Origin: a virus
Lineage: Duplodnaviria; Caudoviricetes
Direction: 5' to 3' (one strand)
Virus record (IMG/VR): IMGVR_UViG_3300042289_000929
Location: 1-24,528 of that record
DNA length: 24,528 bases
The position numbers were made by a program, and so were the translations under genes. Below, piece by piece: positions 1 through 8,010 of the stretch. How positions within the stretch are numbered: position 1 is the stretch's first letter; the number at the start of each line of letters is the position of its first letter. The notes under the pieces were generated by a model. That model saw only the letters and a list, made by a program, of their open reading frames with translations, had not been told where the DNA came from and made no database searches.

Positions 1-582
1 ATGATTTAAATACAAATGGGTATCTCCTAAATTACCAATCAATTCATCAGGTATCATTTGTACTTCATCTGCAATCATTTCCAATAATAATCCATAAGAA
101 GCAATGTTGAATGGTAAACCTAAGAATGTATCTACTGAACGTTGATTCCACATTAGAGAGATTGCTCGTTTAGGAACTCCGTATGGTCTAAACCATTCAT
201 CCATACTAAATTCAATACTAGGGTCTCTCGTTGGTAAAACAACATTGGATTTATTATTCTTCATCCAAGACAATCTTTCTTCATCACTCAACTCTCTTGT
301 ATAAACTTGAAATCCGTAATGACAAGGTGGAAGAACCATATTTGTCAAATCGTGTACTGCCCAAGCGTTCACAACCATACGCCTAGAATCAGGAGTTTCT
401 TTTAATAACCTAATTAATTCGGATATTTGGTCTATTTCCCCATTCCAATTACGCCATTGATACCCATAGATTTTTCCGAGATTTCCAAATCGTTTAGAGA
501 ATGATTTATCTGTCTTAATCTTTTCTACAAACTCTTCTTGTGTGTACGGTCTTCCGTCTGGATGTAAGTGCTCTTTATTCAT
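1..582 (-). CDS. thyA: Thymidylate synthase ThyA, C-terminal (catalytic) fragment; runs off the window edge
   Basis: Not in the ORF track; translated by hand from the ATG at 582: MNKEHLHPDGRPYTQEEFVEKIKTDKSFSKRFGNLGKIYGYQWRNW...DQI...PDSRRMVVNAW...LPPCHYGFQ...MWNQRSVDTFLGLPFNIASY...LGDTHLYLNH. It has the PPCH catalytic Cys, the RR phosphate-binding pair, QRSxD, and the Asn of PFN (dUMP specificity). Its ATG overlaps the HNH gene stop (ATGAATAA). Confidence 0.96.
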   Translation of the reverse strand, partial: MNKEHLHPDGRPYTQEEFVEKIKTDKSFSKRFGNLGKIYGYQWRNWNGEIDQISELIRLLKETPDSRRMVVNAWAVHDLTNMVLPPCHYGFQVYTRELSDEERLSWMKNNKSNVVLPTRDPSIEFSMDEWFRPYGVPKRAISLMWNQRSVDTFLGLPFNIASYGLLLEMIADEVQMIPDELIGNLGDTHLYLNH

Positions 583-1546
583 AACTTTTTATTTCATTTT
601 TTAATTGTTCTAAATCAATATCACATCTTTTACTTTTAGTTCTATTACTACTCCATTCTATCATTTGTAGATTACAGTGATGACTAATAATTTCAGGTTC
701 TACATTATTCAAAAATCCTTCAATTATTGAGTATTTGTGGTCTAATTGGAAGCCAATTTTTCCATTTGTTACTCTTTCTAAATTATTTGGGTTTATAATG
801 TTTTTATACATTTTATATGTTGTTTCGGTTAATCGTTTAACTTTTTTTCTATAAATTTGGTAATCCGACAAAAACTCATCAGGTATTATCCATCCTCTTT
901 CGATTTTTGTTTTAATAGCATTACCAATTCTATTTTCTGAGTTAATATTAGCGGAATTATTAACCCCGTACTTATCTTTTAATACTTGCTTTATTTTCTC
1001 TTTTATACTGTGAGATTTAAATGGGTTGTCAACCCCATATTTTTTAATCCAAGTATTTAATGCCTTTTGTTTTATCACCTCACTATGAAATGAATGTTTA
1101 ACACCATATTTTACAATCATGGTTGATTTCACTTTCCTTTTTAACTCAGGACTTTGTAAAGTATATCCACCATATTTCTCATCAACAGTTTTATGTCTTT
1201 TATTGTTTCTTGTGATTTTATCTGTTTCCGATAAACTATCATATCTTTCTCTAAATTTATTTTTAGTTAATTCCGAATTATTATTACACTTTGCAGAACA
1301 AAATTTTCTATTCAAATCAATAATTGGTTTACCACAATGGAGGCAAGTATTAACGGCGTTTCTATCTTTCAAGATATACCTTATTCTATCAACCAATTTA
1401 GGATTGTAAATAGTTAAAAATTGAGTATTATCAATAATATCCTGTTTAATAGACGATTCAATCACCCTTAACTTTTGAGACAATATTTTATACTCGTTAT
1501 TTTTTAAAACGCACAAGGTTGTTTCAATCTTAGTTTTTAGACACAT
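575..1546 (-). mobile_element. Free-standing HNH homing endonuclease inserted in thyA
   Basis: The 323-aa ORF has a CxxC...CxxxC zinc finger (CLHCGKP...FCSAKC). The middle has repeats of KYG(V/G)x(N/H/Y)xxxS, typical of phage homing-endonuclease DNA-binding regions. The C-terminus has an HNH-like motif (QLDHKYSI...HHCNLQMIEWSSNRTK). It lies between the two halves of thyA. Confidence 0.85.
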
Positions 1547-1547
1547 T

Positions 1548-1581
1548 TTGGTTTCTTTTATAATAAATATCTAAAAACCAA
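1548..1581 (-). promoter_or_regulatory. Hairpin over the HNH translation-initiation region, with an ATATTTAT promoter-like core in the loop
   Basis: Inverted repeat TTGGTTT (1548-1554) / AAACCAA (1575-1581), extendable by a G-U pair, ends 1 nt before the HNH ATG (1546). On the minus strand the loop contains GATATTTATTATA. Confidence 0.5.
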
Positions 1582-1590
1582 CAAAAGTCA

Positions 1591-1908
1591 TTATTTTTCT
1601 TCATCTTTCTTTAACTTCTCACACTCTTTTAGGTACGCTTGATAGACATCCCCCGTCCAGATGTTACAGTCATTTTCAAGAAGATACTCTATTGATGTAT
1701 CACCCCTTAAAAACCAAAGTAACTCAGTTACAATTGATTTCCAATGCATTTTCTTTGTTGTGAGTAATGGAAATTTACCATCTTTAAATTTGTACCTAAT
1801 AGTCCTACCAAACACACTTAAAACTTTACCATTGCGTGTATTTTTTTCCACTCCATTATCTAATATATCTTGGAGTAGTGATTGATATTGTTTATCGAGG
1901 CTGTTCAT
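1591..1908 (-). CDS. thyA: Thymidylate synthase ThyA, N-terminal fragment
   Basis: QYxxLLxDILDNG..K.TRNG...SVFG, FPLLTTKKM, ELLWFLRGDT and NIW motifs match the ThyA N-terminus. It ends in tandem stops TAA TGA (1593-1588). Confidence 0.95.
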   Translation of the reverse strand: MNSLDKQYQSLLQDILDNGVEKNTRNGKVLSVFGRTIRYKFKDGKFPLLTTKKMHWKSIVTELLWFLRGDTSIEYLLENDCNIWTGDVYQAYLKECEKLKKDEEK

Positions 1909-2083
1909 AATGTTCTAATTGCTGTTCGTTAAAAATGTGTAATAATCCATATTCATCCATTTCGGCTACTAATCTAATTTCACCTTTTATTGTTGTGAAT
2001 ACGGATACAATTGTGCAAGGAAATTTATATCCTTTTGGTTTCCACGCTTTGTCTCCTACTTTAAATTTTGTGTTATTCATCAT
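1892..2083 (-). CDS. Small SH3-fold protein resembling R67/DfrB type II dihydrofolate reductase
   Basis: FKVGDKAWKPKGYKFPCTIVSVFTT...AE...GLLHIFNEQQLE aligns with one gap to the R67 core as I recall it ([25 protein letters not shown]...VE...GSVQIYPVAALE). The start is probably the ATG at 2083 or 2080, overlapping the upstream stop; the ORF track gives 2095. Confidence 0.6.
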   Translation of the reverse strand: MMNNTKFKVGDKAWKPKGYKFPCTIVSVFTTIKGEIRLVAEMDEYGLLHIFNEQQLEHYEQPR

Positions 2084-2834
2084 CTTTTTTTTCATGTCTA
2101 AACCAATTAATCATTCCATCATAAAAAACACTACCATGATTTATTGAACCATAATCTTTGTGTTCTGCAAAATGTTCAGCATCCAACAAATCATCTTCGT
2201 TTTGTGTTGAGCTTGGTGGTTCTATATTTGATTTTCTTTTTTCTAACTCATTCCACCAATCATCCGATGTCATATAACTCAAATCGGGATTAATCCTAAT
2301 TTCTCCTGGCTCATACCCTAATAAAATTGTGGCAGGTAGTCCATAATACCATATTTTTCTTCCAATCTCTTCTTTTGGGTTTATAAAATTAAAAGGATGT
2401 TCTGATATTTTATTTATCAAAGAATGTGCTTCAGCCAATGCCCCGCCCAAATCTCTCCAATGAAATTTATAAACTTCCTCACCGTTTGCTTTAATGGTGC
2501 ATATCCCACCATTTCTAATACTCAACTCATCCCACTTATATTTGGTTGAGTTAAATTGTCTATAATTTACTTCCCAACAAACTCTATGAACACCCTTATC
2601 AATGTATGGGATAAGCTCTCTTGTGGTTGGTACTTCATCATCATTATCCGAATGATAAACTGAATAGTCCAACCACCAAGTTTCAGGACATCCATTCCAT
2701 TTACCTAAATTGTGTTCATATCCTTCAATTGAATAAACGGGATAAAGTCTCTCTCCTATTTGAATATCAAATATTTTATGGGGTTTTCCAAATTTTTTGG
2801 TGGCCTGTTCTAATGTGTAATTTTGTTGTTCCAT
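2073..2834 (-). CDS. Hypothetical phage protein (253 aa, Trp-rich)
   Basis: Long ORF with ATG start that overlaps the next gene. No motif recognised. Confidence 0.8.
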   Translation of the reverse strand: MEQQNYTLEQATKKFGKPHKIFDIQIGERLYPVYSIEGYEHNLGKWNGCPETWWLDYSVYHSDNDDEVPTTRELIPYIDKGVHRVCWEVNYRQFNSTKYKWDELSIRNGGICTIKANGEEVYKFHWRDLGGALAEAHSLINKISEHPFNFINPKEEIGRKIWYYGLPATILLGYEPGEIRINPDLSYMTSDDWWNELEKRKSNIEPPSSTQNEDDLLDAEHFAEHKDYGSINHGSVFYDGMINWFRHEKKDDE

Positions 2835-2837
2835 AAC

Positions 2838-3014
2838 TTATTTTTCAAATGTTTTTAATTCATCGTATAAATCTTGATTTAACTCTTTGAGTTTATTTCC
2901 CAACTCTAAAAGAGCGTGTTCGTTCCAATATCCCCTTTCCTCTTCAGGTCTAAAATAGTAAAATCCATCAATATCAGAGCCATAATAACCTATTAATTCA
3001 ACGTTGTTTTTCAT
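2838..3014 (-). CDS. 58-aa ORF, probably chimeric: ThyX-like first 14 residues fused to the C-terminal part of a small phage hypothetical protein
   Basis: Hand translation: MKNNVELIGYYGSD-IDGFYYFRPEEERGYWNEHALLELGNKLKELNQDLYDELKTFEK. It fills the gap between the terminator and the next ATG. Confidence 0.6.
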   Translation of the reverse strand: MKNNVELIGYYGSDIDGFYYFRPEEERGYWNEHALLELGNKLKELNQDLYDELKTFEK

Positions 3015-3057
3015 AAAAAAAAAATAAAAAGCTAAGGTAAAAAAATTACCTTAGCTT
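3015..3057 (-). terminator. Rho-independent terminator after the DUF932 gene
   Basis: Perfect 12-bp stem AAGCTAAGGTAA / TTACCTTAGCTT (3029-3040 / 3046-3057) with a 5-nt loop, followed on the minus strand by a long T tract. Confidence 0.85.
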
Positions 3058-3063
3058 GTAAAA

Positions 3064-3834
3064 TTATAAAAATATATCTTCTGGAATATTAACAGTATCT
3101 AAATTATTAGCATAACTATTAGATAAAAATTCATTAGTTATAAAATTATGAAAGTTTCTTGAAGTTTCAATCCAGTTTTTAGGATGATCTTTTTTTAAAG
3201 CATGCGTTACATGATTGTAATAAGACCATAAATTATCACGATCCACATTATAATTATAAGATGGATTTTTCATTTCTAATTTAATAATAGATAATTGATT
3301 TGAAGAAATTATTTCTTTTTCAAGATATAATACACCTGAAAGTTCACATTGTTGTTTTAATGTCAATGTTATTTTTTTCATTTCATTTTTATCATTAGTT
3401 ATTCTATTAAATATATTACCTGCTTTAATAATTTGATTTTCAATTTGTTCTAAAATATCAATATCTGCAGTTCCTGTATGTTTTCTAGAATAATTAATAT
3501 CTCCTGATATCATACCATTATCACAAATAAAAACATATGCACCAATAGCACATTTAAATTTAGTTTGTTTATTGTAAGAATTTCCAAATGCAAACATTAA
3601 TCCTAAATCTTCATCATTAAATAATGATTCATTATGTTTAATATTAAAAATACATTGAATATTATTAGCTTCTTTATTTGCTTTATAAGTTTCTTTTACT
3701 AAAGAAAAATTATTTTTATTTAACAGGTCTATTACATTAGTAATAGCATATTTATGAGAAATTACTTTATAAGATTGTTTATAGTTAGGAAGAGGAGCAG
3801 ACTCAACATATTCCCGGGTAACAAAATTTGTCAT
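3064..3834 (-). CDS. DUF932-family phage protein
   Basis: Y..ISH near the N-terminus and NSYNK.....AIGAYVFICDNGMISG...RKHT match the NS.D/N...G..R/F.C.NG...H pattern of DUF932. Confidence 0.8.
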   Translation of the reverse strand: MTNFVTREYVESAPLPNYKQSYKVISHKYAITNVIDLLNKNNFSLVKETYKANKEANNIQCIFNIKHNESLFNDEDLGLMFAFGNSYNKQTKFKCAIGAYVFICDNGMISGDINYSRKHTGTADIDILEQIENQIIKAGNIFNRITNDKNEMKKITLTLKQQCELSGVLYLEKEIISSNQLSIIKLEMKNPSYNYNVDRDNLWSYYNHVTHALKKDHPKNWIETSRNFHNFITNEFLSNSYANNLDTVNIPEDIFL

Positions 3835-3835
3835 A

Positions 3836-4672
3836 TTAAAAAATATATCTAATTGTTTCTTGCGAAAAATATTTATTATATATTTTAACTAATTCATTTA
3901 AATTTTTTTGTTTTGTAATTAATGGATATCGCATAATATTTTTATGTTTTATTTCACAACTATCTTTCATTAGTTTTTTAGCTTCTTCTGAAGCTTTTTT
4001 CATTTGATTAGCATGATTTGTTAATGCAATTATTTCACATTTATTTTCACCAGCATATTCTAAAACTTCTTTAAAAAGTAAATCATAATGATTTTCCCAT
4101 CCTGAATAAAAAATAATAGGGCTATAATTACAATGTACTTCCCATCCTAAATCTTTTAATTTATTAATATCTTTAATTCTGCTAGATATTTTTTGCATTT
4201 TTGGTTCAAGTATATCTGAATATACTTGAGGCATAAGGCTTACTCTAATTCTTGGTTTTTTATTAAAATGTTTAACGTTAAGATTTAATAAACTTGGATA
4301 TTTAGTTGCCATAGTAGAATTTAATCTAGGATGATTATCATATCTTTTAAGATAATCATGTAAAGATTCAGGTAAATGTTTTTGCATTAATACTAAATCA
4401 GTGTTACAACTAATATCTACATAATAATAACCATCTGAAGATTGTTGATCAACAGGTTTTGGATATATTTTATCCGCCACCCATTGACAAACAGATTCAA
4501 AAATTTCATTAATGTTTGTATTTACATAAACTTTATCATTATATCTAGACATATAACAATAACTGTTTACACATCCTCCAAAACAACCATAAATTAAATT
4601 TGGAGCAATACAATTAGCACTGTTATTATTATCTTTAGTTATAAGAGTTTTAGTCTTCTGATATTTGATCAT
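3836..4672 (-). CDS. Spore photoproduct lyase-like radical SAM protein
   Basis: APN..YGCFGGCVNSYCY (three-Cys cluster motif), YDIxCNxD-like YVDISCNTD, ATKY, RIRVSLMPQ...LE and GWEVHCNYSPII match the SplB-related lyase family. Confidence 0.8.
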   Translation of the reverse strand: MIKYQKTKTLITKDNNNSANCIAPNLIYGCFGGCVNSYCYMSRYNDKVYVNTNINEIFESVCQWVADKIYPKPVDQQSSDGYYYVDISCNTDLVLMQKHLPESLHDYLKRYDNHPRLNSTMATKYPSLLNLNVKHFNKKPRIRVSLMPQVYSDILEPKMQKISSRIKDINKLKDLGWEVHCNYSPIIFYSGWENHYDLLFKEVLEYAGENKCEIIALTNHANQMKKASEEAKKLMKDSCEIKHKNIMRYPLITKQKNLNELVKIYNKYFSQETIRYIF

Positions 4673-4829
4673 TTATATCATTTATTGCTAACATGCATTC
4701 ATTATATTCCGATTCACCCATTTCAATTTCAGATAATGCTAAGTTAAAAATATCATCAATTTCTTCAACTTTGCTCGGATTACTTATTTTTGCTTGTTCA
4801 GCATATTTTTTTAAATAAATTATATTCAT
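4650..4829 (-). CDS. Small acidic hypothetical protein (59 aa)
   Basis: Hand translation MNIIYLKKYAEQAKISNPSKVEEIDDIFNLALSEIEMGESEYNECMLAINDINDQISED. It has an ATGA overlap with the mazG stop and fills the intergenic gap. Confidence 0.7.
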   Translation of the reverse strand: MNIIYLKKYAEQAKISNPSKVEEIDDIFNLALSEIEMGESEYNECMLAINDINDQISED

Positions 4830-5128
4830 AAATTTTTAACAAATTGACCGTTAATCATTTTTCCAGTTCTATTTTTAATTACATTATATGCAGATTCTAA
4901 ACATTCTTCTATTTTAAAATTTTGCATTTTAGCTTGTATGATTAATGTAACCATTATATCACCAATAGCATCTTTAATTTCATCAGAATTATTATCTAAA
5001 ATTGCATTACAAAGCTCAGTTAACTCTTCTTGAGTTTTCATAGCTTGTTTTATAGGAATTGATTTATTTAAAATATTTTTATCTTCTGCCCATTTTTCAA
5101 CAGCAGATTCTAATTCATAGTATTTCAT
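4826..5128 (-). CDS. mazG: MazG-like nucleotide pyrophosphohydrolase
   Basis: Q..KT.EE..EL...I......EI.DAIGD..VTL and CL..AY..IK.R.GKM.NG.FVK are the phage MazG-like signature. Confidence 0.9.
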   Translation of the reverse strand: MKYYELESAVEKWAEDKNILNKSIPIKQAMKTQEELTELCNAILDNNSDEIKDAIGDIMVTLIIQAKMQNFKIEECLESAYNVIKNRTGKMINGQFVKNL

Positions 5129-7119
5129 TAGAATAAAGTTAATTGTTTTGGTCTTAAATCAGTTATATTATTTATTTCAGATTCAATAGCTTGTAGATAA
5201 TATGTTATATCTATATGATAATCTTCCCAATTAGAAAAATTTATTTTATTAAATAAACATTGTTTCCATTTACCGGCTTCTAATTGAATTTCTCTTTTAT
5301 CTATTTTATTAATTTTATATATTTTAATTGCTTTTTTATTTTTTTGTGTACAAATAAAATATCTATTTATTTTTTGAAGTTCTGTTTCTTCAATATCATA
5401 ATTAATTAATCTTTTAGCAACTTGTTTCCAATCACCTTTTGATTTACTACCAATACAATAATCTAATATGTTTTTATTAGATTTTAAATATGTTGTAGGT
5501 AAAATATTATGTATAAAATAATAATAAATGGCTTTAGGAATCACTAATTTAGATTTATTTTTATGTAATGCTAAATCATAAAAATCAAATCTTCCTTTAA
5601 GTTTAGTTGCGGCGTAATAATATTTGTTATTTTCTTCTTTAAATAAAAAATGATTTGATTTTTCTTTTAGTTCTAAATAAGAATTATAATCTGTTTCTTT
5701 ATAATCATGTAAAGCAATATAATTATTCACATCAGCTAAAATTATTTTTTTGTATGTGTCGTGTTCTAATGAAAGATTTGTTATTTTTTCCCATTCAGAA
5801 CATATATTTAAATATTGTTCTTTATATTTTTTAGGAATTAATGTTTCTAAACCATCTGTATTTTGCATAATAGCTTTAGCTTCTGGTATATTAGTCATAA
5901 TCATTTCATACAACATCATTAAACTTAATTGCCCATTTATTGTAATTTGCATACATAATTGAGGATCATAAAAAAAACTATCTTGATCATTACTTAAACC
6001 AAATGTTGAATTTAATATAATTTTATAAACATAATTCATTGGGTCTTTTTTAGAAATTTTTTTTCTTTCTTCAAAAAACCATTCATATTGATCACAAAAT
6101 TCTTTAACTGGAAAATGTCCTGGTGATAATTTATTTCTAATTACAAGATTTGGATAAAAACTAACTACATCTGAACTTATAATTATAAAATCATCATTTG
6201 ATTTATAAACTCCAGGATCAGCTGCTCCATGAGCACCACCTAATCCAAAATCAGTTTTAATATTTTTATAATTTAATGAATATTTAAAACCGCCTTTAAT
6301 TTTTTCAGGATCTAACTCTACTTTTTTAAATGCGTTAAGTAATTCATTAAATTCTTTAGTTTCAAATTTAATATATGTAAAAATTATATCTGATAATTTT
6401 ATTATATTTCTATGTGTTCGTAAACTTTTAAGTGTATTAATTGGAATATTTAATTTTTCAGACATATAATAAGCAAATAATTCTTTACTTATTCTAGGTT
6501 CTGATGCACTATAAAGATTAATATTATATTTTTTAGATAATTCTTTTCTTAAATTAATTAAAGGTTTTGATTTATTAAATATTTCTTTAGTTGATTTTAC
6601 ATCATTTAAACAATATTCAATGATAGTATTAATTTCATCTTTAGTTTGAATAAAAGTAGTATGATGAATTGGCATTTCTAAAATATTATTCCAATCCATA
6701 CTATATTGAATCCATTTTAATGAACTACTTTTGGCAGCATTATCCCAATGATTCATTTTAAACAAATCAATTTGTTTAATTATCATTTTAGATTGAGGAT
6801 AATCTTGAAATTTATCATTTATACATTTTTGAGCATATTTATAAATATCATTAGCTAAAGTATTACCAGATAAATTTAATAATTTGTTTCTATTTTTTAA
6901 TAAATAATGAGTTATTTGACTATCGAATGCTAATCCATTATAAGAAATATGCCATTCATTATTTTTTATATTATTATCTAAAAAATTTAATAATTCTTTA
7001 AAATCGTTTTTTAAATCATGAATAACAAATATTTTATTTTCTTCTGAATTATGTTTTTCAAAAACAGCTACAAAACAATTATTTAATGTTTCATAATCAT
7101 GAATCCAATGTGTCATCAA
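5128..7119 (-). CDS. polB: DNA polymerase family B with 3'-5' exonuclease
   Basis: Exonuclease motifs: ExoI DYET, ExoII YNGLAFD, ExoIII YCLNDV. Polymerase motifs: A SDVVSFYP, B KIILNSTFG, C NTDG. Confidence 0.95.
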   Translation of the reverse strand: MMTHWIHDYETLNNCFVAVFEKHNSEENKIFVIHDLKNDFKELLNFLDNNIKNNEWHISYNGLAFDSQITHYLLKNRNKLLNLSGNTLANDIYKYAQKCINDKFQDYPQSKMIIKQIDLFKMNHWDNAAKSSSLKWIQYSMDWNNILEMPIHHTTFIQTKDEINTIIEYCLNDVKSTKEIFNKSKPLINLRKELSKKYNINLYSASEPRISKELFAYYMSEKLNIPINTLKSLRTHRNIIKLSDIIFTYIKFETKEFNELLNAFKKVELDPEKIKGGFKYSLNYKNIKTDFGLGGAHGAADPGVYKSNDDFIIISSDVVSFYPNLVIRNKLSPGHFPVKEFCDQYEWFFEERKKISKKDPMNYVYKIILNSTFGLSNDQDSFFYDPQLCMQITINGQLSLMMLYEMIMTNIPEAKAIMQNTDGLETLIPKKYKEQYLNICSEWEKITNLSLEHDTYKKIILADVNNYIALHDYKETDYNSYLELKEKSNHFLFKEENNKYYYAATKLKGRFDFYDLALHKNKSKLVIPKAIYYYFIHNILPTTYLKSNKNILDYCIGSKSKGDWKQVAKRLINYDIEETELQKINRYFICTQKNKKAIKIYKINKIDKREIQLEAGKWKQCLFNKINFSNWEDYHIDITYYLQAIESEINNITDLRPKQLTLF

Positions 7120-7468
7120 TAAAAAATTTTAAATAATCAAATTCTTTATTAACAGCAAAATTTGAAATAAAATTAATTATTTCTTCTTTTTTCATTATAT
7201 AAATTTCATTAAAAGTTTCGATTTGAATTCGTTGTTCTTTAAATTTTTGTAATTTATCTTTTATTGGATTTCCAGATTCATCTAATCTAGGAACCATATG
7301 CAACACTTCTTTTTTTAATTTAGATATAACTACAAGTAATTTATTTGACGGATCAAATAATACCTCTACGTAAGGACAATTGTCCGTTACTGGTATCATA
7401 CTAAATGAATCAACACCTTTAAAAAGTGATGAAATAAGTAACATATTGTTACCATATGTATTTGTCAT
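7097..7468 (-). CDS. Hypothetical phage protein
   Basis: 123-aa ORF overlapping the polB start. No motif recognised. Confidence 0.75.
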   Translation of the reverse strand: MTNTYGNNMLLISSLFKGVDSFSMIPVTDNCPYVEVLFDPSNKLLVVISKLKKEVLHMVPRLDESGNPIKDKLQKFKEQRIQIETFNEIYIMKKEEIINFISNFAVNKEFDYLKFFIDDTLDS

Positions 7469-7488
7469 AATAATTTTTTTTAAATATA

Positions 7489-8010
7489 CTAAATATTTTG
7501 CAATGTTTCTTTTTTTAAATCCGGTTTATCACACAATTCATGTACTTTTTTTATAATTTTTAAATCTACATCTAATAATTCTGAATAATCTTTATGGAAT
7601 AATTCAGGTTCAAGAAAAGATTTAATATGTATATAAACTGTGGTTTCTTTGAAATATAATAATATTTTATTTTTTGAGCTTTTTGAATATTTTGAATAAT
7701 GTCCTTCGATAAAATTATCAAATTCAAATTGATAAAATTTTAAACTAAATATGTATATCTGTTTTTCTTTTTGATTAATTTCTTTTTCAAATAATTTATT
7801 AGATTTTATTTTTTTTAAAACAAAATTTTTAAATTCTAAAGTATTTTTATTTTCATATACACATATTAGTTTATAATCACTAACATTTAAAATAGTGTCC
7901 CAGCAAATGTATGTATTTGCTGGGACAAACTCTAAACCTCTTTCAATACCTAATAGTGGATACAAAAATATTTTACTTTTTTGAAAATATTTTGAATACA
8001 CTTTTTTCAC
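7489..8010 (-). CDS. Hypothetical phage protein
   Basis: 173-aa ORF with GTG start overlapping the stop of the nuclease gene; contains F..G.YSK.S. Confidence 0.75.
   Translation of the reverse strand: MKKVYSKYFQKSKIFLYPLLGIERGLEFVPANTYICWDTILNVSDYKLICVYENKNTLEFKNFVLKKIKSNKLFEKEINQKEKQIYIFSLKFYQFEFDNFIEGHYSKYSKSSKNKILLYFKETTVYIHIKSFLEPELFHKDYSELLDVDLKIIKKVHELCDKPDLKKETLQNI

Noticed and set aside
1-582. dCMP hydroxymethylase or other base-modifying ThyA homolog
   Set aside because: The specificity residue is Asn (PFNIASY) and all motifs are canonical ThyA.
575-1600. Group I intron or intein in thyA
   Set aside because: There is only 44 nt of non-coding sequence on one side and none on the other, and I saw no P7-type conserved elements. 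In-frame stops and the lack of splice-junction residues exclude an intein. An intron is not formally excluded without a covariance-model search.
1119-2836. Plus-strand ORFs 1119-1409, 1661-1885, 1935-2147 and 2621-2836
   Set aside because: They are antisense shadows of well-supported minus-strand genes and have no motifs.
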